A DNA stretch of 57,461 bases, taken from NCBI GenBank assembly GCA_040752695.1, contig JBFMGO010000016.1, positions 6,637-64,097 of the forward strand, read 5' to 3'. The notes beneath the pieces are model-generated. The model worked only from the letters and a program-made list of their open reading frames with translations, had not been told where the DNA came from and did not search any database. This DNA is from a bacterium (GTDB taxonomy: Bacteria > SZUA-182 > DTGQ01). This document shows positions 31,101 through 38,370 of this stretch, piece by piece. The stretch's first letter is position 1. Every line of letters starts with the position of its first letter. Made by a program: the position numbers and the translations under genes.

Positions 31101-31317
31101 CCTCTTTGATCCGGACCTGCTCTTTGTAGGTCCCTTCAGCCACCATGATTCGGTCACCCTGCTGGGCAGCATCCACAGCCTTTTGAATCGAGGTGTAGTC
31201 TTTAGGGACCCGTATATCCCGAGCCCAGGCCACTTGTGGCTGAACAGCGCTAAAGAGACCAAAAGATGAAAAACAAAGAAATACCATGCCAAGGTAAAGC
31301 CATTTTTTCATACTCAT
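28174..31317 (-). CDS. large secreted protein: beta-helix / two PKD-like Ig domains / beta-helix
   Basis: Signal peptide; two VP..Y..IQ.AVDAA..GD.I.V..GTY.E beta-helix starts; two S.D.D.D.LTYQW PKD-type repeats; SPAIDAG...FPPSLG...NDIGAYGGP. Confidence 0.88.
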   Translation of the reverse strand: MSMKKWLYLGMVFLCFSSFGLFSAVQPQVAWARDIRVPKDYTSIQKAVDAAQQGDRIMVAEGTYKEQVRIKEGITLEGGWNKQFTQRDIEKYPAVIDGKGKEGWVVLGASNMVLDGFTIQNATQVKTEKEEYGSGIYCVSVQKAIIRNNTLRQNEPSGLYAGSSQLTVVSNHIAENIRAGIHLEKGSSLVIQSNIIERNKEAGISSQSKDAVQMEVFLNRVFQNGRSGIDCQNATGKVYNNIVYKNREAGIRGCIAPLAVINNTIVGNGQAGVVMDDQTKEISIKNNIIAYNIESGIMSAQRGYSYNLLFANAGTGDCDPNCLPCVRGQHAGYEDEESYQKIGQVIANPLFVDPNNHDYHLLPGSPAIDAGDKDPVYADKNFPPSLGLDRNDIGAYGGPYTVPEKRTGENHPPLAQAEISSPLYINDIVRMDAGKSQDPDGDALTYQWALLSVPSGSKAKISRPDGQKASFRADLSGKYTIGLQLIDRWGAKAETTLAAEVLKNHPPTAYAGEDLESVSVGDTIKLAGDVSSDDDHDPLTYQWQFVARPLMSKAQLSALTAVSPAFTVDQPGCYILQLIVNDGQIDSPADEILINTVYQAPDKIRHVPAQYPTIQSAVDAAKAGDTILVQAGTYRENVYIEKMLNLKGVGWPVIDGGSKPGNVDTVKFVSLGEQAGRIEGFVITGGGAGPLGHGLSSWDSAPTICNNQFVGNPNNGIGLHGRKLLTEKAEVFGNIVYGNKGGIGNGRGSCAHVHHNYVFHNKVFGIGCRGFSAPRIEHNHIFENSIGIGMREVSSPKVVGNYIYYNERGIAFSPVATVKASQAEDILIHNNLIFLNQENAIMITSFNLSRVVITNNTIDSNGGGESRRGGGIILGWPWPATYEAMVQNNIITNNKGIGILNYAGAEDLSEAAEGADLSQIRENSQRMGGVKLMLDRNNLWNNKKDYQGCQAGEGDFSKDPLFAAKSSLAWEKYFLSQAAAGQSQDSPCVNAGIGIAPTDAPDPALGTTRCDLQSDNGGPDTGFHYLPADCGQDLPALVKEKVEGKSK

Positions 31318-31703
31318 AGAAAAACCCCCTGCTTATTTTGTAAGGTAATAAGGATGCGTATTTTAAGAATTATAACAATCCTGAGCTCCTTTGTGAAGCG
31401 GTTAATAATACTCCTTCATTCATTCTGGAAAGCACTGCTCCAGCAGGCAATAGTACAGGTACTAGTGTCTCTGGCAATTTTTATACCATCCGGAATAGAA
31501 TCCCGAATGCATTTTCTTTTTCCATCCTGCTGGTCGAAGTTCCCTTTCCGGTAAGATTCAGGTACGAGGTGTTGTTTTTTTTCTGAACAATCGTTCAAAT
31601 ATTGATCATTCCTGAAAAAAAGAAAGATCCCTCATCCAGAGTCCGGTGGCCTTTTTTTCTTTAATGACAATCAGTTATCCTGTAAGACAGTTTTTTGTCA
31701 TAT

Positions 31704-31719
31704 TGGCACGGCTATTGCA
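31704..31719 (+). promoter_or_regulatory. sigma-54 (-24/-12) promoter
   Basis: TGGCACG-GCTA-TTGCA is an exact consensus match, ~200 nt upstream of the CDS at 31919. Confidence 0.8.
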
Positions 31720-31918
31720 TATAAAAACCGGATAATCTATCTGGCTGCCTCCTAATTTGTGAATCAGCGAGAACAAATATAAGTGTAGCCCAACACGGTC
31801 CTGGCAATCAGCCATATCCTTTGGCCTGCTCTATGGTCAAAATTCTTTTCGCGGCACTTTATATTTCATCAGGAAACAAAAACTCTCAAAACTATCGCTT
31901 AATCATAAGGATTGATAT

Positions 31919-32719
31919 ATGCAGGTTACCTATCAAGCGTCAAGATCAAGAAGGCCGCTGTTTATCATCACTACCCTTATTCTCCTGTCCGGCCTCGTTC
32001 TCCTGTCAAGAGGCTTTTGTTTTGGAAAAGAGCGAGAGATGTCAAAATTGTCTTATCGAAGCTTTCTCCCCTCAAGATCGCCGGAAAGATATCTTCCGGT
32101 TCAGGCTACGAGGAGGATACTCAGGGAGCGGGAAAGCTTCCTTGGGCTGACTTCCTGCGTTTATCAGATTGAAAAGAACGATCTTGCTCCCTATCAGGGG
32201 AAAATTAAGGTGAACACGGAAGGCTATGCGCTGGTGGTCGTGGGATACCATTATCTCGAAAAGCCCTGGGGAAAGATTTTTAAGGAGGAATTTCAAAAAC
32301 ACGTTTATGATCCTGACGGGAGGGTACTCTTTCTGGAGATTAAAAACAACGATGTTCTGACCGGCGATAATTCTCCTGCCTCAAGCCGGGAAATCCGTGA
32401 ATTCATCACCGGATTTCCCGGCAGGATAGGGCTGGTCATAGAGGTCCATGAGCATCTGTCGGATGAAAACAAGTTCTCAGGAAATGAATGGCCACCTTAC
32501 TGGTACCAACTGGACGATCGAACCGGCGGGGATTCCGGCATTAAATATACCATTCTCGATCCTTATATCCCCTGGTTCTGCATCCGTGATTATTTCGAAT
32601 ATCATCAAAGAATCCGCATTGCGGAGATGCAAAAGGCAGTGAATGAAACACTTCGCTATACTGTCAACATCATCAACGATGTTCTCAATACCCAATCCCT
32701 GGTGAACAATATCCCTTAG
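31919..32719 (+). CDS. exported or membrane-anchored hypothetical protein, possibly a divergent Zn-carboxypeptidase/deacylase fold
   Basis: N-terminal hydrophobic segment; VVVGYHYLE (HxxE) and LVIEVHEH motifs. Confidence 0.65.
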   Translation: MQVTYQASRSRRPLFIITTLILLSGLVLLSRGFCFGKEREMSKLSYRSFLPSRSPERYLPVQATRRILRERESFLGLTSCVYQIEKNDLAPYQGKIKVNTEGYALVVVGYHYLEKPWGKIFKEEFQKHVYDPDGRVLFLEIKNNDVLTGDNSPASSREIREFITGFPGRIGLVIEVHEHLSDENKFSGNEWPPYWYQLDDRTGGDSGIKYTILDPYIPWFCIRDYFEYHQRIRIAEMQKAVNETLRYTVNIINDVLNTQSLVNNIP

Positions 32720-32821
32720 CAGCCGGTAACCGGCTGAATTGGTCAGCGAGAGAGGTGATGCAGCCACCTTCTTTCCCTCATCCTCCTCTTGATGAGCATA
32801 AAAAAGGGGATGAGGAGTCTT

Positions 32822-33406
32822 TCATGGGGCCGCAGTAGTCGCCGTTGTTGCGGTTGTCGTCGTTGGGACACTCAAGCGCGGCAGGGGCGGAGTTGTCCAT
32901 TGAGTAAAATCGGTAATCCCCAGATTATAAGGGCTGTAGGTGCTCAAGGGGAAATAGGGGGAAGTGAGGGTTGAATAATCCGGGAACGTGTAGTAAGAGG
33001 AGGTATAGGCCGGGAAGATCGAGAAATTCGACCATGGATTGTTAAAGAGATACGAGTTGTATCCATACATTGGAGAAAGTGAATACATCTGTCCCCAGGT
33101 ATTCAGATTGGCCGGTCCCATCCCGACTCCGAGAAAGCTGCCGCTGAGTGCCTGGTTGTTTAATCCCCAGGCGCTGGCGTAATCGGTGAAGGCGTATGCT
33201 CCATAACCCCTGGCAGTCAAGTTGCTCAGGGCGCCGATCAAAAAGTTGCCAGGACCATGAGAGTATGCAGGCGGGAGCCCCCAGTAGATTACCGAAGCCT
33301 GACCTGATGAGACCGGAAGGGAAACCATAAAACACAGAAGAATCATAAAACAAAAAGCCGCCGCCTTATTTCTTTTCCACGTATACAAAATAATTCCTTT
33401 CCACAT
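32822..33406 (-). CDS. secreted Tyr/Ser/Gly/Asn/Pro/Thr-rich low-complexity protein
   Basis: AAGGAG RBS before ATG 33406; signal peptide ending SSGQA; nearly uncharged mature region with a Thr/Ala tail. Confidence 0.75.
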   Translation of the reverse strand: MWKGIILYTWKRNKAAAFCFMILLCFMVSLPVSSGQASVIYWGLPPAYSHGPGNFLIGALSNLTARGYGAYAFTDYASAWGLNNQALSGSFLGVGMGPANLNTWGQMYSLSPMYGYNSYLFNNPWSNFSIFPAYTSSYYTFPDYSTLTSPYFPLSTYSPYNLGITDFTQWTTPPLPRLSVPTTTTATTATTAAP

Positions 33407-33757
33407 AATCAAATACTCCTTTCTTTCATAAGAACCTGCAATAATGACCTGTTTCAACTACTCCCAACGATAAAAATCCCTCCCCCAGCGTTACCCAGCG
33501 TTACCCTGGGGAAACCAAAAGAGTCTTGAGCTTATTTTCGCCGGTGAATAAAACGTGATGGAGAATAGTAATCAACTGCGAGTTTTGAAATGTGTTCTTG
33601 GGGTGTACTTTAGTATATTATATCAAGATTAGATTATTGAGGGCAAATTTTTCTTCATTTCGGTGATAAATGCCTTTTTCTCCACTTCGGCAGATGTCAT
33701 CTCTCCTATGGTTGGACTTTTTAAAAAACTTTTACGAAGAGCTGAAAAAAAATGTTA

Positions 33758-33786
33758 TTGACATGTATAAAGAGATTCTATAGAAT
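33758..33786 (+). promoter_or_regulatory. sigma-70 promoter for tRNA-Val/thrS
   Basis: TTGACA-17 nt-TAGAAT, 10 nt before the tRNA, with an A-rich upstream element. Confidence 0.85.
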
Positions 33787-33796
33787 GAATAGATGC

Positions 33797-33868
33797 AGGC
33801 ACGTAGCTCAGGGGGAGAGCGCTACCCTGACACGGTAGAGGTCGGCGGTTCGAAACCGCCCGTGCCTA
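33797..33868 (+). tRNA. tRNA-Val(GAC), CCA not encoded
   Basis: Acceptor stem AGGCACG/CGTGCCT; anticodon arm CTACC-CTGACAC-GGTAG; T arm GGCGG-TTCGAAA-CCGCC. Confidence 0.97.
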
Positions 33869-33884
33869 CTGGCAGAATGAACAA

Positions 33885-33908
33885 GGGGCGGTCAGATTTG
33901 ACCGCCCC
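33885..33908 (+). other. GC-rich hairpin downstream of tRNA-Val
   Basis: GGGGCGGTCA-gatt-TGACCGCCCC is a perfect 10-bp stem; no U-tract. Confidence 0.6.
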
Positions 33909-33976
33909 AGAGTGTCGAAGCGAAGAAGCCTTATTGCAAGAAACTTCGTTTATGATGTTGTTTCCCTCTACTTGAT

Positions 33977-34068
33977 TTAAGGTTATCCCGAAAATGGAAT
34001 TCTCTATTGAAAATCCCCCTCATCCCCTTTGAGAAAAGGGGGGAAGATAGTTTGGGATAGGCTCTTAA
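33977..34068. repeat. degenerate MITE/REP-like element upstream of thrS
   Basis: Imperfect ends TTAAGGTTATCCCGAAA / TTTGGGATAGGCTCTTAA flank an internal AAATCCCCCTCATCCCCTTTGAGAAAAGGGGGG hairpin. Confidence 0.45.
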
Positions 34069-34081
34069 TTCTCTGGAGTTT

Positions 34082-36016
34082 ATGAAAACAATTACTATTC
34101 GATTGTGCGATGGGAAGACCCGGCAATCACAGGAAGGGATCCTGATGAAAGAGTTTCTGAAATCCCTGGACGGCTCTTTGGCTCAACGGGCGATTGCCGG
34201 AAAGGTCAATGGGCAGATAGTGGATCTCGATTACCCCCTCTCTTCGGACTGTCAGGTGGAGGTTCTTACCTTCGATTCTCCGCAGGGAAGGGAAATTTTC
34301 CGCCATAGTGCCTCTCATATCATGGCGCAGGCGGTGAAGGAATTATTCCCCAAGGCCCAGCTTGCCATAGGTCCGGCTATTGAGGAAGGGTTTTACTACG
34401 ACTTTGACCTGGATGCGACCCTCAGTCCGGAAGATCTTATCAGGATTGAGCAGAAGATGGAGGAAATCATCGGCCGCAATCTTCCCTTCCAGCGTCAGGT
34501 TGTCGCAAAGGACGAGGCGATCGAACTTTTTCGGGGTCGCAATGAGCCATATAAGATCGAATTGATCGAAGCCATTCCTGATCAGACCGTCAGTTTGTAT
34601 CAGCAGGGAGACTTTATCGATTTATGCCGTGGCCCCCATATTCTGACTACGGGGAGAATGAGGGCTTTTAAACTGCTGAGCATAGCGGGGGCCTACTGGC
34701 GGGGCGATGAGAAAAACAAGATGCTTCAGCGGATTTATGGAACCGCTTTCGATAGCAAAAAGGAACTGCAAGATTACCTGGATCGGCTGGAGGAGGCCAA
34801 GAGGCGGGATCACCGCAGGCTGGGAAAGGACCTTGACCTTTTCAGCATTCAGGAAGAGGCTGGAGCGGGATTCGTGATCTATCATCCGCATGGCGGAATC
34901 CTGCGAAGTCTCCTGGAGGAGTTCGAGAAAAAAGAACATCTGAAGAGGGGATACCAGATCGTTTACGGTCCGCAGCTTTTGAAGATGGATCTTTGGAAAA
35001 AGTCCGGACATTACGATAACTACCGGCAAAACATGTATTCTACCGAGATAGATGGCCAGGAATACGGGATCAAGCCGATGAATTGTCTGTCTCACATGTT
35101 GATCTACCGCTCAGCTATCAGAAGCTATCGGGATTTGCCTCTTCGTTATTTCGAACTGGGCACGGTCTATCGACACGAGAAATCGGGAGTTTTGCACGGG
35201 CTCATGCGGGTTCGGAGTTTTACTCAGGACGATGCGCATATCCTGTGTACACCTGATATGCTGAACGATGAAATTCAAAACGTCCTGAATTTCGTGACCG
35301 AGATCATGGCCATTTTCGGCTTTGAGTACGAGATGGAACTCAGCACCCGGCCCGAGCAGTCCATCGGTACGGACGAGGATTGGGACCGGGCCACGCGGGC
35401 ACTTGAATTGGCCATGCAGGGCAGAGGCATCGATTATCAGATCAACGAGGGAGATGGAGCTTTCTATGGGCCGAAGATCGATGTTAAATTGAGGGATGCC
35501 CTGGGCAGAATGTGGCAGTGTGCCACCATCCAATGTGATTTTACCCTGCCGGAGCGGTTTGACCTTACGTATATCGACGCTCAGGGGCAGAGACAGCGGC
35601 CGGTCATGCTTCACCGGGTAATCCTGGGCTCCGTGGAGCGGTTTATCGGCGTATTGATCGAGCATTTTGCAGGTGCCTTTCCGCTGTGGCTTTCGCCTGT
35701 CCAGGTGAAGGTCATGACGATTACGGAGAGGCAAAATGAATATGCCGAAAATATAAAAAAAGAGCTCCAAAAAAGAGACATCCGGGTCGAGACCGATGTG
35801 AGAAATGAAAAAATCGGACTGAAGATTCGTGAAGCTCAGTTACAAAAGATTCCCTATATGGTGGTTATCGGAGATAAGGAGATCGCTGAAGGGAAAATTA
35901 ATGTCCGACGCAGGGACGGGCATCAATTGGGAACGATACCCCTTCAGGAGCTTATTCAACAATTACAGCAGGAAATCCAAGAGAAATGGATACGGTCTGG
36001 AGGTGATACGACATAG
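34082..36016 (+). CDS. thrS: threonine--tRNA ligase
   Basis: TGS domain; RHSASH, DLCRGPH, GAYWRG, RDHR, KPMNC and FYGPKID motifs. Confidence 0.99.
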   Translation: MKTITIRLCDGKTRQSQEGILMKEFLKSLDGSLAQRAIAGKVNGQIVDLDYPLSSDCQVEVLTFDSPQGREIFRHSASHIMAQAVKELFPKAQLAIGPAIEEGFYYDFDLDATLSPEDLIRIEQKMEEIIGRNLPFQRQVVAKDEAIELFRGRNEPYKIELIEAIPDQTVSLYQQGDFIDLCRGPHILTTGRMRAFKLLSIAGAYWRGDEKNKMLQRIYGTAFDSKKELQDYLDRLEEAKRRDHRRLGKDLDLFSIQEEAGAGFVIYHPHGGILRSLLEEFEKKEHLKRGYQIVYGPQLLKMDLWKKSGHYDNYRQNMYSTEIDGQEYGIKPMNCLSHMLIYRSAIRSYRDLPLRYFELGTVYRHEKSGVLHGLMRVRSFTQDDAHILCTPDMLNDEIQNVLNFVTEIMAIFGFEYEMELSTRPEQSIGTDEDWDRATRALELAMQGRGIDYQINEGDGAFYGPKIDVKLRDALGRMWQCATIQCDFTLPERFDLTYIDAQGQRQRPVMLHRVILGSVERFIGVLIEHFAGAFPLWLSPVQVKVMTITERQNEYAENIKKELQKRDIRVETDVRNEKIGLKIREAQLQKIPYMVVIGDKEIAEGKINVRRRDGHQLGTIPLQELIQQLQQEIQEKWIRSGGDTT

Positions 36017-36591
36017 AAAAAGATACCAAGGTAATGGTAAATAGGCGGATTCGGGCCAAAGAAGTACGCTTGATCAGCGAAAGTGGAGAACAACTGGGAA
36101 TTCTGACTCTGGATAAAGCCATGGAACTGGCTGAGCATCGCGGGTTGGATCTGGTGGAAGTAGCTCCGACGGCCAATCCTCCTGTCTGCAAGATTATGGA
36201 TTATGGCAAGTATAAGTATCAGCAGCACAAGAGGGCACAGGAATCCAAGAAACATCAAAAGGTCATTCATATTAAAGAAATCAAACTGCGGCCGAAAACC
36301 GAAGAGCACGATTTCCAATTCAAAAAAGAGCACGTTAGAAAATTTCTCAAGGAAGGAAACAAGGTGAAGGTCACGGTTGTTTTCCGCGGAAGAGAGATGA
36401 CCCATTTTGAAATTGGAGAAGAATTACTGAACAGGATGGCCAAAGAGGTTGGAGAGGAAGGAGCGATTGAGCAGTCGCCGAAAAAAGAAGGCCGGAATAT
36501 GACATTGCTGCTGGTGGCTAAAAATCATGGACAGAAGAAAGAAAAACCGAAAAAGGAAGGCGTAGAAAATGCCAAAGATCAAAACGAGTAG
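36013..36591 (+). CDS. infC: translation initiation factor IF-3, likely ATA start
   Basis: IF-3 motifs ([25 protein letters not shown]). An in-frame ATA at 36013 lies 8 nt after GGAGGT and overlaps the thrS stop. Confidence 0.95.
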   Translation: MEKDTKVMVNRRIRAKEVRLISESGEQLGILTLDKAMELAEHRGLDLVEVAPTANPPVCKIMDYGKYKYQQHKRAQESKKHQKVIHIKEIKLRPKTEEHDFQFKKEHVRKFLKEGNKVKVTVVFRGREMTHFEIGEELLNRMAKEVGEEGAIEQSPKKEGRNMTLLLVAKNHGQKKEKPKKEGVENAKDQNE

Positions 36592-36766
36592 AGCGGCGGC
36601 CAAACGATTCAATGTTACCGCTGGAGGTAAGATTAAGATTAAAAAGTCGCATGCCCGTCATATTTTAACAAAAAAGACAAGGAAGAGAAAACGCAAACTG
36701 AGAGAATCTTCGTATCTGGCTGCATCGGACGTAAGAGCGGTAAAGAGGTTGATTCCGTATAAGTAA
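36569..36766 (+). CDS. rpmI: 50S ribosomal protein L35
   Basis: MPKIKT..AAAKRF and HILTKK motifs; conserved synteny. Confidence 0.98.
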   Translation: MPKIKTSRAAAKRFNVTAGGKIKIKKSHARHILTKKTRKRKRKLRESSYLAASDVRAVKRLIPYK

Positions 36767-36856
36767 AAGATGAGAAGATATTCTTTATTATGAGCAAAAG
36801 AATTATGAGCAAAAGACGAGCATAATTCCCGAGAATCTAAGAAGGAGAGTATTTGA

Positions 36857-37210
36857 ATGCCAAGGGTGAAAAGAGGTGTCGTCTCACGTCGGCGGCACAA
36901 TAAGATCCTGAAACTGGCCAGGGGCTACCGGGGCGGAAAGAGTAAATTGTTCCGGACTGCCAATGAGGCGGTTAATAAAGCCCTCGCCTACGCTTTCCGA
37001 GACCGAAAGGCCCGGAAGAGAGAATTTCGCAAGCTGTGGATTATCAGAATCAACGCAGCGAGTCGCCCCTATGGGCTTTCCTACAGCCGGATGATGAACG
37101 GTTTGACCAAGGCCGGAGTGGGCTTGAATCGTAAGATCCTGGCAGACCTTGCGGTCAATGACCCCAATGCTTTTTCAGAGTTAGCCAAAGTAGCTAAGAA
37201 TGCCTTGTAA
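36857..37210 (+). CDS. rplT: 50S ribosomal protein L20
   Basis: [15 protein letters not shown] and [12 protein letters not shown] motifs. Confidence 0.99.
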   Translation: MPRVKRGVVSRRRHNKILKLARGYRGGKSKLFRTANEAVNKALAYAFRDRKARKREFRKLWIIRINAASRPYGLSYSRMMNGLTKAGVGLNRKILADLAVNDPNAFSELAKVAKNAL

Positions 37211-37299
37211 AATTTAGTCCTTATCCTTTGTCCAGGCACGCTGCCCGAGGCAGTGGCCGAAACAGTGGTTAAAGCAACTCAAAGAGCAATGCCAAAGCA

Positions 37300-38334
37300 A
37301 TGATAGAAGAACAGAATATCTCCATAGCTGAACAGCTCCAAAAAATACAAACCGAAGCAAAAAACGAGATCCTGTCGGTCCAGGATCTTGCAGCACTCGA
37401 GAGTATGCGGGTTAAGTATCTCGGACGCAATGGGATTTTGCCCCGGCTTATGAAAAAACTGGGCTCCCTGCCCGCAGAGGAAAAACCCGAAGCCGGCAAA
37501 CTGACCAATGAATGCAAAAGCCTGATTGAAGGGATATGGCTGGAAAAAGAGGTCCAATTGAAGCGGGACGCCGACCTGAAGGCTGAAAGGACGATCGATT
37601 TGACGCTGCCTGATCATCCTTTCTTCGTAGGCCACAAGCACCCCGTGACCCAGATTATGGAGGAGGCTTACCAGATATTCGCCGGCCTGGGGTTTGGTAT
37701 AGCGGAAGGACCGGAGGTTGAGAGCGATTATTACAATTTCGAAGCTTTAAACTTCCCGAAAGAGCATCCAGCCAGGGATATGCACGATTCGTTCTATATC
37801 TCGGAAGAAATTCTCCTGAGAACCCATACCTCGCCTGTTCAGGTCCGTATCATGGAGAAGACCAGACCGCCGATCCGTATCATCATGCCTGGAAAAGTGT
37901 ACCGCAGGGATGCGGATGTAACGCACAGTCCCATGTTCCATCAGATCGAAGGGCTCTTAGTCGATACATCCTCGTCTCTCAGTGACTTGAAGGGGATTTT
38001 AACTGTCTTTGTCCACCAGATGTTCGACCCCAGGACCAGGCTGCGCTTTCGAGCGAGCTTTTTCCCCTTCACCGAGCCCAGTGCCGAGATCGATATCAGT
38101 TGCATCATGTGCAGGGGAGAAGGGTGCAGGGTATGTTCCGGTACGGGATGGCTCGAAATCCTTGGCGCAGGCATGGTGGACCCTGAAGTCTTTAAGTCCG
38201 TTGGCTATGACCCTGAAGTTTTTAAGGGATTCGCCTTTGGCATGGGGGTGGAAAGAATTGCCATGCTGAAATATGGAATCAGCGATATTCGCCTGTTCTA
38301 TGAAAACGACTTGCGTTTTCTGACACAATTTTAG
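37300..38334 (+). CDS. pheS: phenylalanine--tRNA ligase alpha subunit
   Basis: HPARDMHD, LRTHTSPVQ, FPFTEPS and GFAFGMGVER motifs. Confidence 0.99.
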   Translation: MIEEQNISIAEQLQKIQTEAKNEILSVQDLAALESMRVKYLGRNGILPRLMKKLGSLPAEEKPEAGKLTNECKSLIEGIWLEKEVQLKRDADLKAERTIDLTLPDHPFFVGHKHPVTQIMEEAYQIFAGLGFGIAEGPEVESDYYNFEALNFPKEHPARDMHDSFYISEEILLRTHTSPVQVRIMEKTRPPIRIIMPGKVYRRDADVTHSPMFHQIEGLLVDTSSSLSDLKGILTVFVHQMFDPRTRLRFRASFFPFTEPSAEIDISCIMCRGEGCRVCSGTGWLEILGAGMVDPEVFKSVGYDPEVFKGFAFGMGVERIAMLKYGISDIRLFYENDLRFLTQF

Positions 38335-38370
38335 TCTGAAGACGACAAGCGAAAGAACAAGATAAAATTT

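Noticed and set aside
33797..33868. tRNA-Val as attachment site of an integrated element
   Set aside because: I saw no integrase and no duplicated tRNA 3' end in the window; the tRNA runs straight into the thrS operon.
33909..34081. T-box riboswitch before thrS (also checked before pheS)
   Set aside because: No T-box consensus (GGTGG.ACC) or terminator/antiterminator pair is visible, and the pheS spacer is only ~90 nt.
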